Shown here: positions 50,364-50,619 of the stretch, piece by piece
Layout: each line of letters begins with the position of its first letter
Position numbering within the stretch: position 1 is the first letter of the stretch
Assembly (NCBI GenBank): GCA_964403095.1
Contig: CAYOFS010000002.1
Span: forward strand, 1 to 50,619
DNA: 50,619 nucleotides
Source of the DNA: an uncultured Flavobacteriaceae bacterium
GTDB lineage: Bacteria; Bacteroidota; Bacteroidia; Flavobacteriales; Flavobacteriaceae
Direction of reading: 5' to 3'
The notes under the pieces: generated by a model
What the model was told of the DNA's origin: nothing
Databases searched by the model: none
Seen by the model: the letters and a program-made list of their open reading frames with translations, nothing else
Translations under genes and position numbers: made by a program

Positions 50364-50619
50364 TTAATAATTATTTTTAAAATCCTTAACCTCAATAACT
50401 TCACTAGGCTTTATTTGAATCAACACATTACCTACTCTAACTCTAACCAATCGTAAAGTTGGAAATCCAACGGCAGCAGTCATTTTTCTTACCTGTCTGA
50501 ATTTACCTTCGGTTATAATTATCCTTGCCCAACTTTTTGGTCCATGGCGTTCATCTCTTATATATCTGTTTTCAATGGGAATATCTGGTTCATCTTCAAT
50601 TAAAAAAGCTTCACATGGT
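50364..50619 (-). CDS. Pseudouridine synthase (RsuA/RluB/E/F family), C-terminal part; 5' end lies outside the window
   Basis: Not in the ORF track because the start is off-window. Manual minus-strand translation gives ...RHGPKSWARIIITEGKFRQVRKMTAAVGFPTLRLVRVRVGNVLIQIKPSEVIEVKDFKNNY-stop. EG+FRQVR+M is the family signature. Confidence 0.75.
   Translation of the reverse strand, partial: PCEAFLIEDEPDIPIENRYIRDERHGPKSWARIIITEGKFRQVRKMTAAVGFPTLRLVRVRVGNVLIQIKPSEVIEVKDFKNNY

Overview
Visibly AT-rich 50.6-kb chromosomal segment that looks like a Flavobacteriia (Bacteroidota) genome. Supporting signs are recurrent TAnnTTTG (-7) promoter boxes close to start codons, T9SS C-terminal sorting domains, a TSP3-repeat OmpA protein and TonB-dependent/outer-membrane barrel genes. 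Most of the window is ordinary core housekeeping: mfd, tyrS, recO, gpmI, coaX, lptC-region envelope genes, a PpiD-like chaperone, pntAA/AB/B, metK, gyrB, mdh, mgtE, prolyl oligopeptidase, queD, kbl, tRNA-Phe and a partial pseudouridine synthase. I saw no CRISPR array, integrase, transposase, restriction-modification genes or rRNA. The clearest accessory signal is at 3.7-5.3 kb. There a single gene encoding a RhuM N-domain fused to a Doc-type Fic toxin core, with its own near-leaderless promoter, sits between two perfectly identical 200-bp direct repeats. These repeats duplicate the 3' end of the adjacent NAD-dependent epimerase gene, which is the footprint expected of a single-crossover or integrative insertion, yet no recombinase is present. 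Other points worth a second look: (1) a structured ~130-nt metK leader, a candidate SAM riboswitch; (2) a triply disrupted SGNH-PKD-T9SS secreted-protein pseudogene; (3) a divergent two-CxxC envelope redox module with a beta-barrel; (4) an orphan methyltransferase abutted by 25-bp direct repeats; (5) a small family of related AGCGT/ACGCT-core hairpins at gene 3' ends; (6) an AddB-like nuclease without a Walker A motif or adjacent partner helicase. All functional calls come from motif and family recognition by eye. No database search was run.
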